Source: Rhodospirillales bacterium (GTDB taxonomy: Bacteria; Pseudomonadota; Gammaproteobacteria; Steroidobacterales; JAHEKG01). Taken from it: a DNA stretch of 41,759 nt. The DNA lies in the NCBI GenBank assembly GCA_024638475.1, contig JAHEKG010000003.1:1-41759 (forward strand), given 5' to 3'. Positions 20,356 to 28,178 of this stretch are shown here, one piece after another; position 1 is the stretch's first letter; the number at the start of each line of letters is the position of its first letter. A program made the translations under genes and the position numbers. Below the pieces are notes generated by a model. That model made no database searches and had not been told where the DNA came from. It saw only the letters and a program-made list of their open reading frames with translations.

Positions 20356-21615
20356 ATGCGTTTGAAAAGCCTGTGTTGCGCGGTGGGGATCATTGCTGCG
20401 AGCCCACTTCTGGCCGGTGCCGAAACGGTCTTCGAAGGACCACAAGCGGACATCGATGCAATTCTGGCGGTATTCGCGGAGTGGGAACGCGCGCGGAATG
20501 CCGGCGACGTTGATGCCGTCGTCGCCGTTCACCACCCCGACATGCGCATCATGACGCGAGACCGTGCAATCCTCGAAGGTCACGCGGGCGTGCGCACCTT
20601 TTATGCCGAGAACTATGCCGTGCAATCTAACCGCCAGTTACTGGGGTCGGTCTCCGAGCTGCGCGTATTGGGTGATGTGGGCATCGTCATCGGGCGGTTC
20701 TTGGTCCTCGACGCCGAAAATAACATTGAGGACCCGGGTTATTACTTAATCATGTTGCGCAAGAACGCCCAGGGCGAATGGAAGATCTATCGCGACATCG
20801 ATACGCCGAGCCCCGATGGGCTCGCACTCAAACCGCCGGCACCGGCGCCGGCAACACGGATATCATCTCGGTCTTCTGCGCCCGCGGACTTTCGGGCCTG
20901 GGTGGATGCGCGGGCGGGCACGGGGGCGCCCGTTCACTGGGTCGCCGAAGGGGGCGTGTACGCGTACCCATCGGGTAAGAAACTGTTCGGTCTCGTTGGT
21001 TTCGACAGCTCCACCGTGATCTGGCCGGCCGACCTTGACGACGGTGTTTTGCATTTGACCCGCAAGACGTTTACCTACACCGATCCCGTCAGCGGCGAGA
21101 TTCTTACCGAGTATCGAAGTAAGACCGTCGAACCGATTGCCTACCCCTACCAGTTGATTACCTACCGCCTGGAAGACGGCACGATCCATGGCGATGTGGA
21201 GCAGGGCGTTGCCCCCCAGGTGCAGATTATCAAGTCTGCGGATGGTTTGCGCCTGCGGTCCATCGGCGACGACACCCTTGCGGTGACGGCGTCCGTGTTT
21301 CTGGACATTCCTTTGCCGGGCGGGAAGCGCCTCGATGCATGGGAAAACTATGACTTCTTCATTCATGACCGGGGGAGCGTTCAGCAACCCTACCAACTGA
21401 GTTGGCAGCGGTACGGCGACCTGCCGCAATGGGCGGGCGGCGGCAAGGGGATTTATCAGCTGTTGTCCTGGCGGGTCGAAAGCGCCGAGGATTTTCCGCC
21501 GAAGCTGCTGGCCTGGGCCCGTGAGCATGCATCCTTTTGGCTCAAGCCGCCGGCGAGTCTCGCGGAGATTCGAGCATTACAAGCGGGGACGGCCAGCGCC
21601 TGTGAGGGGTGTTGA
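20356..21615 (+). CDS. Exported fusion protein: NTF2/SnoaL-like (DUF4440) domain plus DUF1838-like domain
   Basis: ATG at 20356 (GGAG upstream) and a signal peptide. Domain 1: WERARNAGDVDAV...GHAGVRTFY...GYYLIMLRKNAQGEWKIYRD. Pro/Ala/Ser linker. Domain 2: VHWVAEGGVY...LFGLVGF...YTDPVSGEIL...SWQRYGDLPQW...FWLKPP. Confidence 0.68.
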   Translation: MRLKSLCCAVGIIAASPLLAGAETVFEGPQADIDAILAVFAEWERARNAGDVDAVVAVHHPDMRIMTRDRAILEGHAGVRTFYAENYAVQSNRQLLGSVSELRVLGDVGIVIGRFLVLDAENNIEDPGYYLIMLRKNAQGEWKIYRDIDTPSPDGLALKPPAPAPATRISSRSSAPADFRAWVDARAGTGAPVHWVAEGGVYAYPSGKKLFGLVGFDSSTVIWPADLDDGVLHLTRKTFTYTDPVSGEILTEYRSKTVEPIAYPYQLITYRLEDGTIHGDVEQGVAPQVQIIKSADGLRLRSIGDDTLAVTASVFLDIPLPGGKRLDAWENYDFFIHDRGSVQQPYQLSWQRYGDLPQWAGGGKGIYQLLSWRVESAEDFPPKLLAWAREHASFWLKPPASLAEIRALQAGTASACEGC

Positions 21616-21644
21616 GGGAGCTTAGTCCGGCTCGCTTCTCGCGA

Positions 21645-23087
21645 CTACGCTAAGAGAATATCGAGCGCAGCCCGTTCTCCTGACTCGAACGCGCCTTCCA
21701 TGCCGCGTTCCAGCAAGGCCGTGTGCTCGCCGCAAAAGTGCACTGCGCCGTGGGGTTCGCGCATGTGGTTGGCGAATGCGGTGATCTGCCCCGGGCGCCA
21801 GAAAACCCAGTCCCCCGCGCCATGGGGTTCCCGGTAACAGCTTTGTACGAGGATCGGTTCGAGGGCGCCGATGGTCGAAGGCCGAACGGCATTGATGGCC
21901 TTGGTCGTAAACTCGGCGATTTGAGCGTCGCTCATGAATTCATATTTGAAAGTTTCGTTGCCGTTGACGAACGCGATGGCGCTCGAAGCAGAACCGCCAG
22001 GACCACGGTTTAGGGTCGTAAACCGCTCAATGGGGCTGTCGGTCCACATTCCCGGTGGTAGTCCATCCGCTTGGCCGTAGTTTTTCTTTAAATTGTAATG
22101 AACTTGAATCGACAGCCCATAATCGATCTCCGCGATGGCCCCGGCGAGCGGGCCCTTGATCCGGGGCTCGAAAATGATTTGGCGAAGCAGCGGCATGGGA
22201 ATGCTGCAGACAACGAAGTCGGCTTCGTAGCGGCTATGGTCGGTGCAATGCACGGTAACGCGAGCGTCTTTTTGTTCAATCGCATAGACCGTCTTGCCCA
22301 TTTGCACAGGCTGTCCAAGGCTCGCCGCCATGGCGGCAGGCATTCGTGAGTTGCCGCCGGCGACTTGTTGTGAAAGGGGAGCGCCTGCGTCGGCTCCCAA
22401 AGTCTGACTGCGATTGAATCCACCCACATGGTAGCGGCGCAACTCATGCAAGGCGGATGTGTTGTCGATGTGATCGGTATGAATCACAACGTTCATTAAA
22501 CGGATCGTTTCCTCGTTATAGCCACGATTGCGTAGGTAGGTGGAATGCGGAATATCGTATTGCTGAAAGCGGGGTTCTACCCAGGCTTCCAGCGGCTCTC
22601 CCTCCAGGGGGTTATCCCGGTTACTTAACGTTGCCAGGAAAAGGTTCGGGAGGAGTTCGCGGTCGTCGCCACTCAAAGGGTTGAGGGGATGATCCGGCCA
22701 TTCCTTGGCGAGGATGTTTTGACCCTTAATTTGAAACATCCACTCGCCCGGTGGCCCCAACCGGTTCGGTGATACCAAGTCGAGATTCAAGCGCCTAGCG
22801 GTATCGATCATGCGAGCGTAATTGCCGCCTATGAGCTCACCGCCGGCTTCCGGATTGCCGGGGACATCCATCAATGTGTAAACGCGGCCACCGATGCGGC
22901 GGCGGCCTTCGAGGACCTGTACCCTTGCGCCCTCGGCTTCGAGCAGCATGGCCGCGTAAAGACCGGAGAGCCCGGCGCCGATCACCAACACGTCGGCCTG
23001 CTCGGCCGCGCGGCCGGGAATCGCGGCGCTTGCCGCGGCCAGTGTAGCCGTCGTTAGAAACTGCCTGCGGCGCATGCCGGTTGTCAT
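21645..23087 (-). CDS. Tat-exported flavin monoamine/L-amino-acid oxidase family protein
   Basis: Tat motif RRRQFL; VIGAGLSGL.AA, EGRRRIGGRVYT, EAGGE, HFCGEHT, MEGAFESGERAA. Confidence 0.9.
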   Translation of the reverse strand: MTTGMRRRQFLTTATLAAASAAIPGRAAEQADVLVIGAGLSGLYAAMLLEAEGARVQVLEGRRRIGGRVYTLMDVPGNPEAGGELIGGNYARMIDTARRLNLDLVSPNRLGPPGEWMFQIKGQNILAKEWPDHPLNPLSGDDRELLPNLFLATLSNRDNPLEGEPLEAWVEPRFQQYDIPHSTYLRNRGYNEETIRLMNVVIHTDHIDNTSALHELRRYHVGGFNRSQTLGADAGAPLSQQVAGGNSRMPAAMAASLGQPVQMGKTVYAIEQKDARVTVHCTDHSRYEADFVVCSIPMPLLRQIIFEPRIKGPLAGAIAEIDYGLSIQVHYNLKKNYGQADGLPPGMWTDSPIERFTTLNRGPGGSASSAIAFVNGNETFKYEFMSDAQIAEFTTKAINAVRPSTIGALEPILVQSCYREPHGAGDWVFWRPGQITAFANHMREPHGAVHFCGEHTALLERGMEGAFESGERAALDILLA

Positions 23088-23106
23088 TCCAGGATCTAGC
23101 CGAAGT

Positions 23107-24657
23107 TTAAGTAGGGAACTTCAGCATGGATTGACCCAGTAATCGGCCGAGAGTCAGCGCGGGCGTCACCATCATCCCGCCACAGTAAGAGCGACCCATG
23201 AACGCGCCGGTACCGAGCAATTCGCCCGCGGCATACAGCCCCTCGATCGGTGTCTTGTCGGCGCGGATGACCCGCAGTTGTTTGTCGACCGCAAGCCCGG
23301 CATAAGTCGTGAGCAACCAGCTTTGCAACTGGATAGCGTAGTAAGGCGGCTTGGCGATCGGTAAGGGCATGTGCTTGCGGCCCAGGGCATCCTTTCCACT
23401 TTGCTGGCCTTTGTTGTAACTTGCGACGGTTTTCTCGAGGCCTCGCGGATGAATCCTGGCCGCTTTTGCCAGTCCCGCTAGGGAATCCGCGCGGAAGAAG
23501 GCAGGGAACGGTGTGTCGAAAGCCTCATCGAGATCAAAGGGACCGCCGAAGCCGCCGGCGACCAATTTGGGCGCCTGCTTACGGATGGCGTCGTCGAAGA
23601 CGACCCAGCAACGCTCTTCTGGCAGGTCGAGTAACGCATGCTCGTAGGCGTCGTGGCTGGGAATATCTTCCCGCAGGAAACGTTTGCCATCGACATCCAC
23701 TAAAATTTCCCAGGGCGGCCGGTTGGGGGGGAAGTGCCGGGCATTGGCGATCATGCGGCTAGGATAGTTGTCGTCCATCATGATGCCGCCGAACAGGGGC
23801 AGGTGATGCTCGCCCCCGCGCACGTAGCCGCCCGCCGCCAGGCCGAGGGTGATGCCGGCGCCCTGGCTGTATTCGTAAGAAACGTCCGCGTAGTCTTTGG
23901 CGCCCTCCAATTCCTCGAACATCTCGGGATTGGAAGCGTAGCCGCCGCAGGTGAGCAAAACGTTGTGGCCGCCGTGGCGGCTGACTTCACCATCCAGGTT
24001 TCGGCTGACGACGCCCGTCACCGTCCCATTCTCATCTTGGAGGAGGTCCGTGACCTCGGTGCTCAACGCCAGGGCCACCCGGCCGCTATCGATCTCCGGT
24101 TGCAGCTGCGTTTCCAAGATCCTGAGGATGGAACGACCCTGTTGTTGGCCCCAGGCGTAGCGCGCGTGGCTGTAAGGTTCGTGGGTGGTCCCGGTGATGG
24201 GGTGGTGGGGATAGACATCCAGTCCGCGATCCATTAGCCAGTCGAAAGTCTCCGCGGCGTTGAAGACGGCCAGGTGCACCAGGTCCGGATCGGCAGTGTT
24301 TTTGCTGATCCGCATGACGTCGTCGTAGTGAGACTGAGGCGAGTCCTTGATGCCCTTACTTTTTTGCAGCTGAGTACCGGCGGCGCTCATTTGTCCTGAG
24401 GAAAGATGCAACGTACCCCCCAGAATGCCGGCAGCCTCGATGATCAGGACGCGGGCGCCCCGTTGCGCCGCGAATAGCGCTGCGGGCAGGCCGGCGTTGC
24501 CACCGCCGACGACGATCAAGTCCCACTCGTCGTGCGCCGCGGCGTGTCCGCGTCGCGGCAGCCCCAGCGCCGCCGTTGCTGCGCCGATTAACGACAGAAA
24601 ATGCCGTCTATCGACGCTGGATCGCACAGCCGTACTGAGTTTGGATGCCAGTTTCAT
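23107..24657 (-). CDS. Tat-exported FAD_binding_2 oxidoreductase (flavocytochrome c flavin subunit / 3-ketosteroid dehydrogenase-like)
   Basis: ATG at 24657; Tat motif DRRHFL; DLIVVGGGNAG, LGGT..SSG, VLLTCGGY, GKRF.RE, PIAKPPYYA, PIEGLYAAGE. Confidence 0.87.
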   Translation of the reverse strand: MKLASKLSTAVRSSVDRRHFLSLIGAATAALGLPRRGHAAAHDEWDLIVVGGGNAGLPAALFAAQRGARVLIIEAAGILGGTLHLSSGQMSAAGTQLQKSKGIKDSPQSHYDDVMRISKNTADPDLVHLAVFNAAETFDWLMDRGLDVYPHHPITGTTHEPYSHARYAWGQQQGRSILRILETQLQPEIDSGRVALALSTEVTDLLQDENGTVTGVVSRNLDGEVSRHGGHNVLLTCGGYASNPEMFEELEGAKDYADVSYEYSQGAGITLGLAAGGYVRGGEHHLPLFGGIMMDDNYPSRMIANARHFPPNRPPWEILVDVDGKRFLREDIPSHDAYEHALLDLPEERCWVVFDDAIRKQAPKLVAGGFGGPFDLDEAFDTPFPAFFRADSLAGLAKAARIHPRGLEKTVASYNKGQQSGKDALGRKHMPLPIAKPPYYAIQLQSWLLTTYAGLAVDKQLRVIRADKTPIEGLYAAGELLGTGAFMGRSYCGGMMVTPALTLGRLLGQSMLKFPT

Positions 24658-24821
24658 GTTTCTGCCCTTGGTTACTTCCGCATGGAAACCGTAATCCCTA
24701 ACCTGCCGCGACGCAATAGATTTAGCCCAGGCTTCCTGGCGGAATGGGCCTGCCGTAGCGCTTTTGATCGGCGTGCTAAGGTCAGGGCTATTCATTGAAT
24801 CATTCAGTCAAAGGAGCGCCG

Positions 24822-25763
24822 ATGGCACGTATCACGGTTGCGGTGTGGATATCGCTCTTGGCCGGGCCGGCGTTCAGCTCGGCACTGCTCGATGACTACA
24901 TGGCGCAACGCACCGGTAGTTTTAGCTCGGCGGCGCAGGCCGCTGTGGATGCCCGCTACGATGTCGCCGTTTGGCACATCGTGGAGATTTGGCCCGGCGA
25001 TGATAATGAGCGCTGGCTTTATGTCGAGGCTTGGCTAAAAGACGCCGAGGCGCCCTACATGCAGCGGGTCTCCTCCGTAACCGACACGGATGACGGTACG
25101 CTGTTGGCGCGGCGATTCCTTATTGAAGACGCCCGCGCGTTTCTCGATGCGAACCGAAACCCGGCGGCGATGCCGGATCGAGCGGGCGTCGGCCTCGACG
25201 AACTCGAGGGTTGCGAGGCCGTACTGACCCGCGCCGGCAAGGGACGGTTCGAGGGCGGCACGGTGGGAAATCGTTGCGGCAACACCTACAAAGGCGCCAG
25301 TTACGCGATCTCCCGTGCGGTCTTGACCGAGGAGGGCATGACGAACTGGGACCGCGGTTTCAACGCCGCCGGCGAGCAGGTTTGGGGCCCGGCATTCGGC
25401 GGCTACCAATTCAAGCGGCTCGGCGCTGATGATGAATGTACCGAGCCCGTGCGGATGCTCGTTTTCGGCGAACTGTTCGATCGAGCCAAGCTAGGGGCTT
25501 ACGGGCGGGCGCTGGCCGAGTCGGGTTTGTATCCGCAGGTGGGTGGTTACTACGAGGCCGTGACCCCCGTGTTGGCGGTGTTCGAAGGCAATCCACCGGA
25601 CAACCGCGCGGTCATCATCGCACGCTTCCCCTGCCTGCAGGCGGCTAAGGACTTTTGGTATTCGGATACCTACCAAGAGATTCGACCCCTCCGCAAAGAT
25701 GCCGCCGAATTCGAAGTGATCGTGCTCAAAGCGCCGCCGCTGCCAGTCTACCTAGAGGACTAA
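24822..25763 (+). CDS. Exported CpcT/CpeT-family (chromophore lyase-like) protein fused to a C-terminal DUF1330 domain
   Basis: ATG at 24822 with AAGGAG RBS and a signal peptide. CpcT-like part: TGSFSSAAQA, WLYVE, PYMQRV, LEGC...GNRC, NWDRGFNAAGEQVWG. DUF1330 part: GGYY...VFEG...VIIARFPCLQAAKDFWYSDTYQEIRPLR. Confidence 0.82.
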   Translation: MARITVAVWISLLAGPAFSSALLDDYMAQRTGSFSSAAQAAVDARYDVAVWHIVEIWPGDDNERWLYVEAWLKDAEAPYMQRVSSVTDTDDGTLLARRFLIEDARAFLDANRNPAAMPDRAGVGLDELEGCEAVLTRAGKGRFEGGTVGNRCGNTYKGASYAISRAVLTEEGMTNWDRGFNAAGEQVWGPAFGGYQFKRLGADDECTEPVRMLVFGELFDRAKLGAYGRALAESGLYPQVGGYYEAVTPVLAVFEGNPPDNRAVIIARFPCLQAAKDFWYSDTYQEIRPLRKDAAEFEVIVLKAPPLPVYLED

Positions 25764-25771
25764 TCCAGACG

Positions 25772-26164
25772 ATGAGCCCAAAACCGATATCCGCCGAATT
25801 TCCCTTCGAGCCCGAGTATTTGGAAATCGATGGCGTCAAGATTCGCTATATCGACGAAGGGCAAGGCGACCCGGTGCTCTTCATGCACGGTAATTCCACC
25901 TGGTCCTACATGTGGCGCAACATTATTCCTTATCTGTCAGGCAAGTCGCGCTGCATCGCCTTCGATCTCGTCGGCCACGGCTATTCCGACAAGCCGGATA
26001 TCGACTATCGCTACGTGACCCATTATCGCTACGTGACCCATTATCGCTACGTGACCCATTATCGCTACGTGACCCATTATCGCTACGTAGAAAAATTCTT
26101 GGATACCCTGGCGCTCGAGAATCTTACAATGGTGTTACATGATTGGGGAGGCGGGCTCGGATTC
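25772..26164 (+). pseudogene. Truncated haloalkane dehalogenase (DhaA/LinB-like); the reading frame continues without similarity to 26287
   Basis: ISAEFPF, YIDEGQGDPVLFMHGNSTWSYMWRNIIP, DLVGHGYSDKPD, VLHDWGGGLGF. Similarity stops right after the nucleophile elbow; the cap domain, catalytic acid and His are absent. The rest of the ORF is antisense to the next gene. Confidence 0.85.
26006..26088 (+). repeat. Perfect 18-bp tandem repeat, 4 copies plus 11 bp (TATCGCTACGTGACCCAT), encoding (YRYVTH)x4-YRYV
   Basis: Read directly: units start at 26006, 26024, 26042 and 26060, with a partial unit at 26078. Confidence 0.98.
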
Positions 26165-26181
26165 AAACTTACGTCTCACCG

Positions 26182-27186
26182 TCAGAGATACGGCCGAGTT
26201 TCCGTCAGGGGCTTCAGCGAGCAATGCACCTGGAGCCAGTGCAGGTTAATCCCCATCCGTGGAGTCTCCGGCGCACTCCACGCGTAAGCAATATTAGTTT
26301 GTTCGCCGGCGGTGCCTTGGTCGATATACATGACGAACGAGTCGTTCGTGAAGGTCACGGGGTTGTTGTTCATTGCCCAGCGCACATTGCGAATGCGCAC
26401 GGCCAGCTCGCGGTTGGGATTCTCGGCGGTGGGTGCGGTGACCCGGGCGATGCCACCTTGGTCCGAAACGCGCAGCGCCGCGTGACGGCTTACTTTGCCG
26501 CCTTCGTCCAGCGTCATTGAGCAGGTGAAAAACCGTGCGCGGTTTTGCTGGTGCAGTACTACGGGCTCGGAATTGACTTGCACATCGTCGGCAAGTCGGC
26601 GGATAACGTCCCCCTTCCATAGGGCGCGGTCGCCCAGCATCATCTGGTAGTCGGCATATACCTGTTCTCCCTCTGACTCATACACACAGGCTTTGGGTTT
26701 CATCAGGCCATGAAAGCCGCCGACGACCCGGCGCCAAAACAGGTCGCATTGGGGCAGATTAGTGAGCTGGTCGGGCGCTAGGTTGTCCAGCAGCGAGAGG
26801 TCCTCGTGGGCGTTTAGGTAGGGGGCGCGGCCGGCGCTTGGGAGGGCGTGTAGTTTCATACGGATGGCCTGCTCCCGTTCGTCGGTATGGAAGCTATAGA
26901 TCCGTGGATGCCAGCGATCTTGTTCGTACCAATAATCCAGAATGAAGAACGCATGTTCGCCGAAACGGTCGTTGGGAATGCGCCGGACCTCCGAACGAAC
27001 CCGCTGATGGCGTTGCTTGGAATCCAAGTCGAGGCGCTCGTCGAAGTAGACTTGTTCCACATTGTCGTAGCTGCCCGGGAAGAGCTCGGCGATGATCATT
27101 AACTCCCGCTGCAATGGGTCCTGGTCTTGAGCGAACGCTTGGCCGACCGCGACTGCGCCGAAAGATAATGCCAGTAGAATCTTCAT
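26182..27186 (-). CDS. Exported long-form CpcT/CpeT-like protein with an extra C-terminal domain
   Basis: Signal peptide ending AFA; FPGSYDNVEQ, RHQRV, HPRIYSF, LPQCDLFW...PKAC. Clearly paralogous to 28179-29204. Confidence 0.72.
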   Translation of the reverse strand: MKILLALSFGAVAVGQAFAQDQDPLQRELMIIAELFPGSYDNVEQVYFDERLDLDSKQRHQRVRSEVRRIPNDRFGEHAFFILDYWYEQDRWHPRIYSFHTDEREQAIRMKLHALPSAGRAPYLNAHEDLSLLDNLAPDQLTNLPQCDLFWRRVVGGFHGLMKPKACVYESEGEQVYADYQMMLGDRALWKGDVIRRLADDVQVNSEPVVLHQQNRARFFTCSMTLDEGGKVSRHAALRVSDQGGIARVTAPTAENPNRELAVRIRNVRWAMNNNPVTFTNDSFVMYIDQGTAGEQTNIAYAWSAPETPRMGINLHWLQVHCSLKPLTETRPYL

Positions 27187-27277
27187 TGTTTTCTGCCGAA
27201 TCCGAGGGGCTAAGCGCCAGATTATGGATCATAATGACGAGAGTGGGGACCGCAATCACCGAAACCAGGAGCCTACG

Positions 27278-28165
27278 ATGCAACGCAGACATCTACTGAC
27301 CGGCGCCGCGGCCAGCTTCGCCGGCCTCGCTCCCGCCGCCAGTGTTAAGGGGCGTGCTTTAGCCCTCGATTTGAAAAACGCTGCCGACCAGCTTTTCGCC
27401 TACGTCAAGATGACCGGCGACCTCGAGGACGGCAAAGAAGTCATCGGCTGGATGAAGGGCACCGTGTATTCCGTTTTTGACGATGGCGCCAATGTGGAGC
27501 CCCTGTTTGCGGCGGGCGCGCTGTCGTTCTCCAGATCTTTCAAGGATACGGAGACGAGTTACAAGAACACCTCCAACTTCATCATCTGTTATATGGATTT
27601 ACGCAGCGGTGCAGTGCTCGAGGAGTGGTACAATCCGTGGCTGAAACGCACGGTGCCTGTTGTCAATTACGCCAGCCGCATCGACACGATCACTCGCGCC
27701 AACACGGCGGTGTCGGAGAAAACCGCCGTTCGGATAGAGTGGATGCAGGACGGCGATGACGTGATCCGCTGGACCGACGGCCGGATGAAGAAAAAGAACC
27801 CCATCACCCCCGATAAGTGGCCCAAGGCGTCGGTGGGTGAGTGGTATTTCAAGAATCAGTCCAGCCAGATCATCGCTAAACTATCGGACTTGACCAATCC
27901 CGACCTCACCGCCGTCGATTCATTGACGATGGGGCAACGTTTTGGGCCTTGGTATCCCTGGATGGAAATGGGCCAAGCGGCTGGGCGAACCTATCGGCGG
28001 GATGTCTCCAAGCGGGCGAAGCAGCTCGATGACGTCCCCGGACCGATCCCCGTCTATGCCGCGCGGCGTTTCCCCGAATTCATGCAGGCGCCGCAGAAAT
28101 GGGAGGGGATCTACGTCGACCCGGAGACGTTGTGGACGCAGCAGCAGCCCCCCGAGGTTGCGTAA
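27278..28165 (+). CDS. Tat-exported DUF1838-like protein
   Basis: ATG at 27278 with AGGAG RBS; Tat-like QRRHLL; AYVKMTGDL, GWMKGTVYS, YMDLRSGAVLEEWYNPW..RTVPV, RFGPWYPWMEMG, RFPEFMQAP. Confidence 0.8.
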   Translation: MQRRHLLTGAAASFAGLAPAASVKGRALALDLKNAADQLFAYVKMTGDLEDGKEVIGWMKGTVYSVFDDGANVEPLFAAGALSFSRSFKDTETSYKNTSNFIICYMDLRSGAVLEEWYNPWLKRTVPVVNYASRIDTITRANTAVSEKTAVRIEWMQDGDDVIRWTDGRMKKKNPITPDKWPKASVGEWYFKNQSSQIIAKLSDLTNPDLTAVDSLTMGQRFGPWYPWMEMGQAAGRTYRRDVSKRAKQLDDVPGPIPVYAARRFPEFMQAPQKWEGIYVDPETLWTQQQPPEVA

Positions 28166-28178
28166 CGCCGTTGACGGC

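Noticed and set aside
26006-26088. 18-bp repeat as a CRISPR array
   Set aside because: The units are head-to-tail with no spacers, are in frame within a gene, and there are no cas genes.
26165-26287. C-terminal tail of the dehalogenase ORF as a real domain
   Set aside because: It is mostly antisense to the 3' end of the CpcT-like gene and has no hydrolase motifs.
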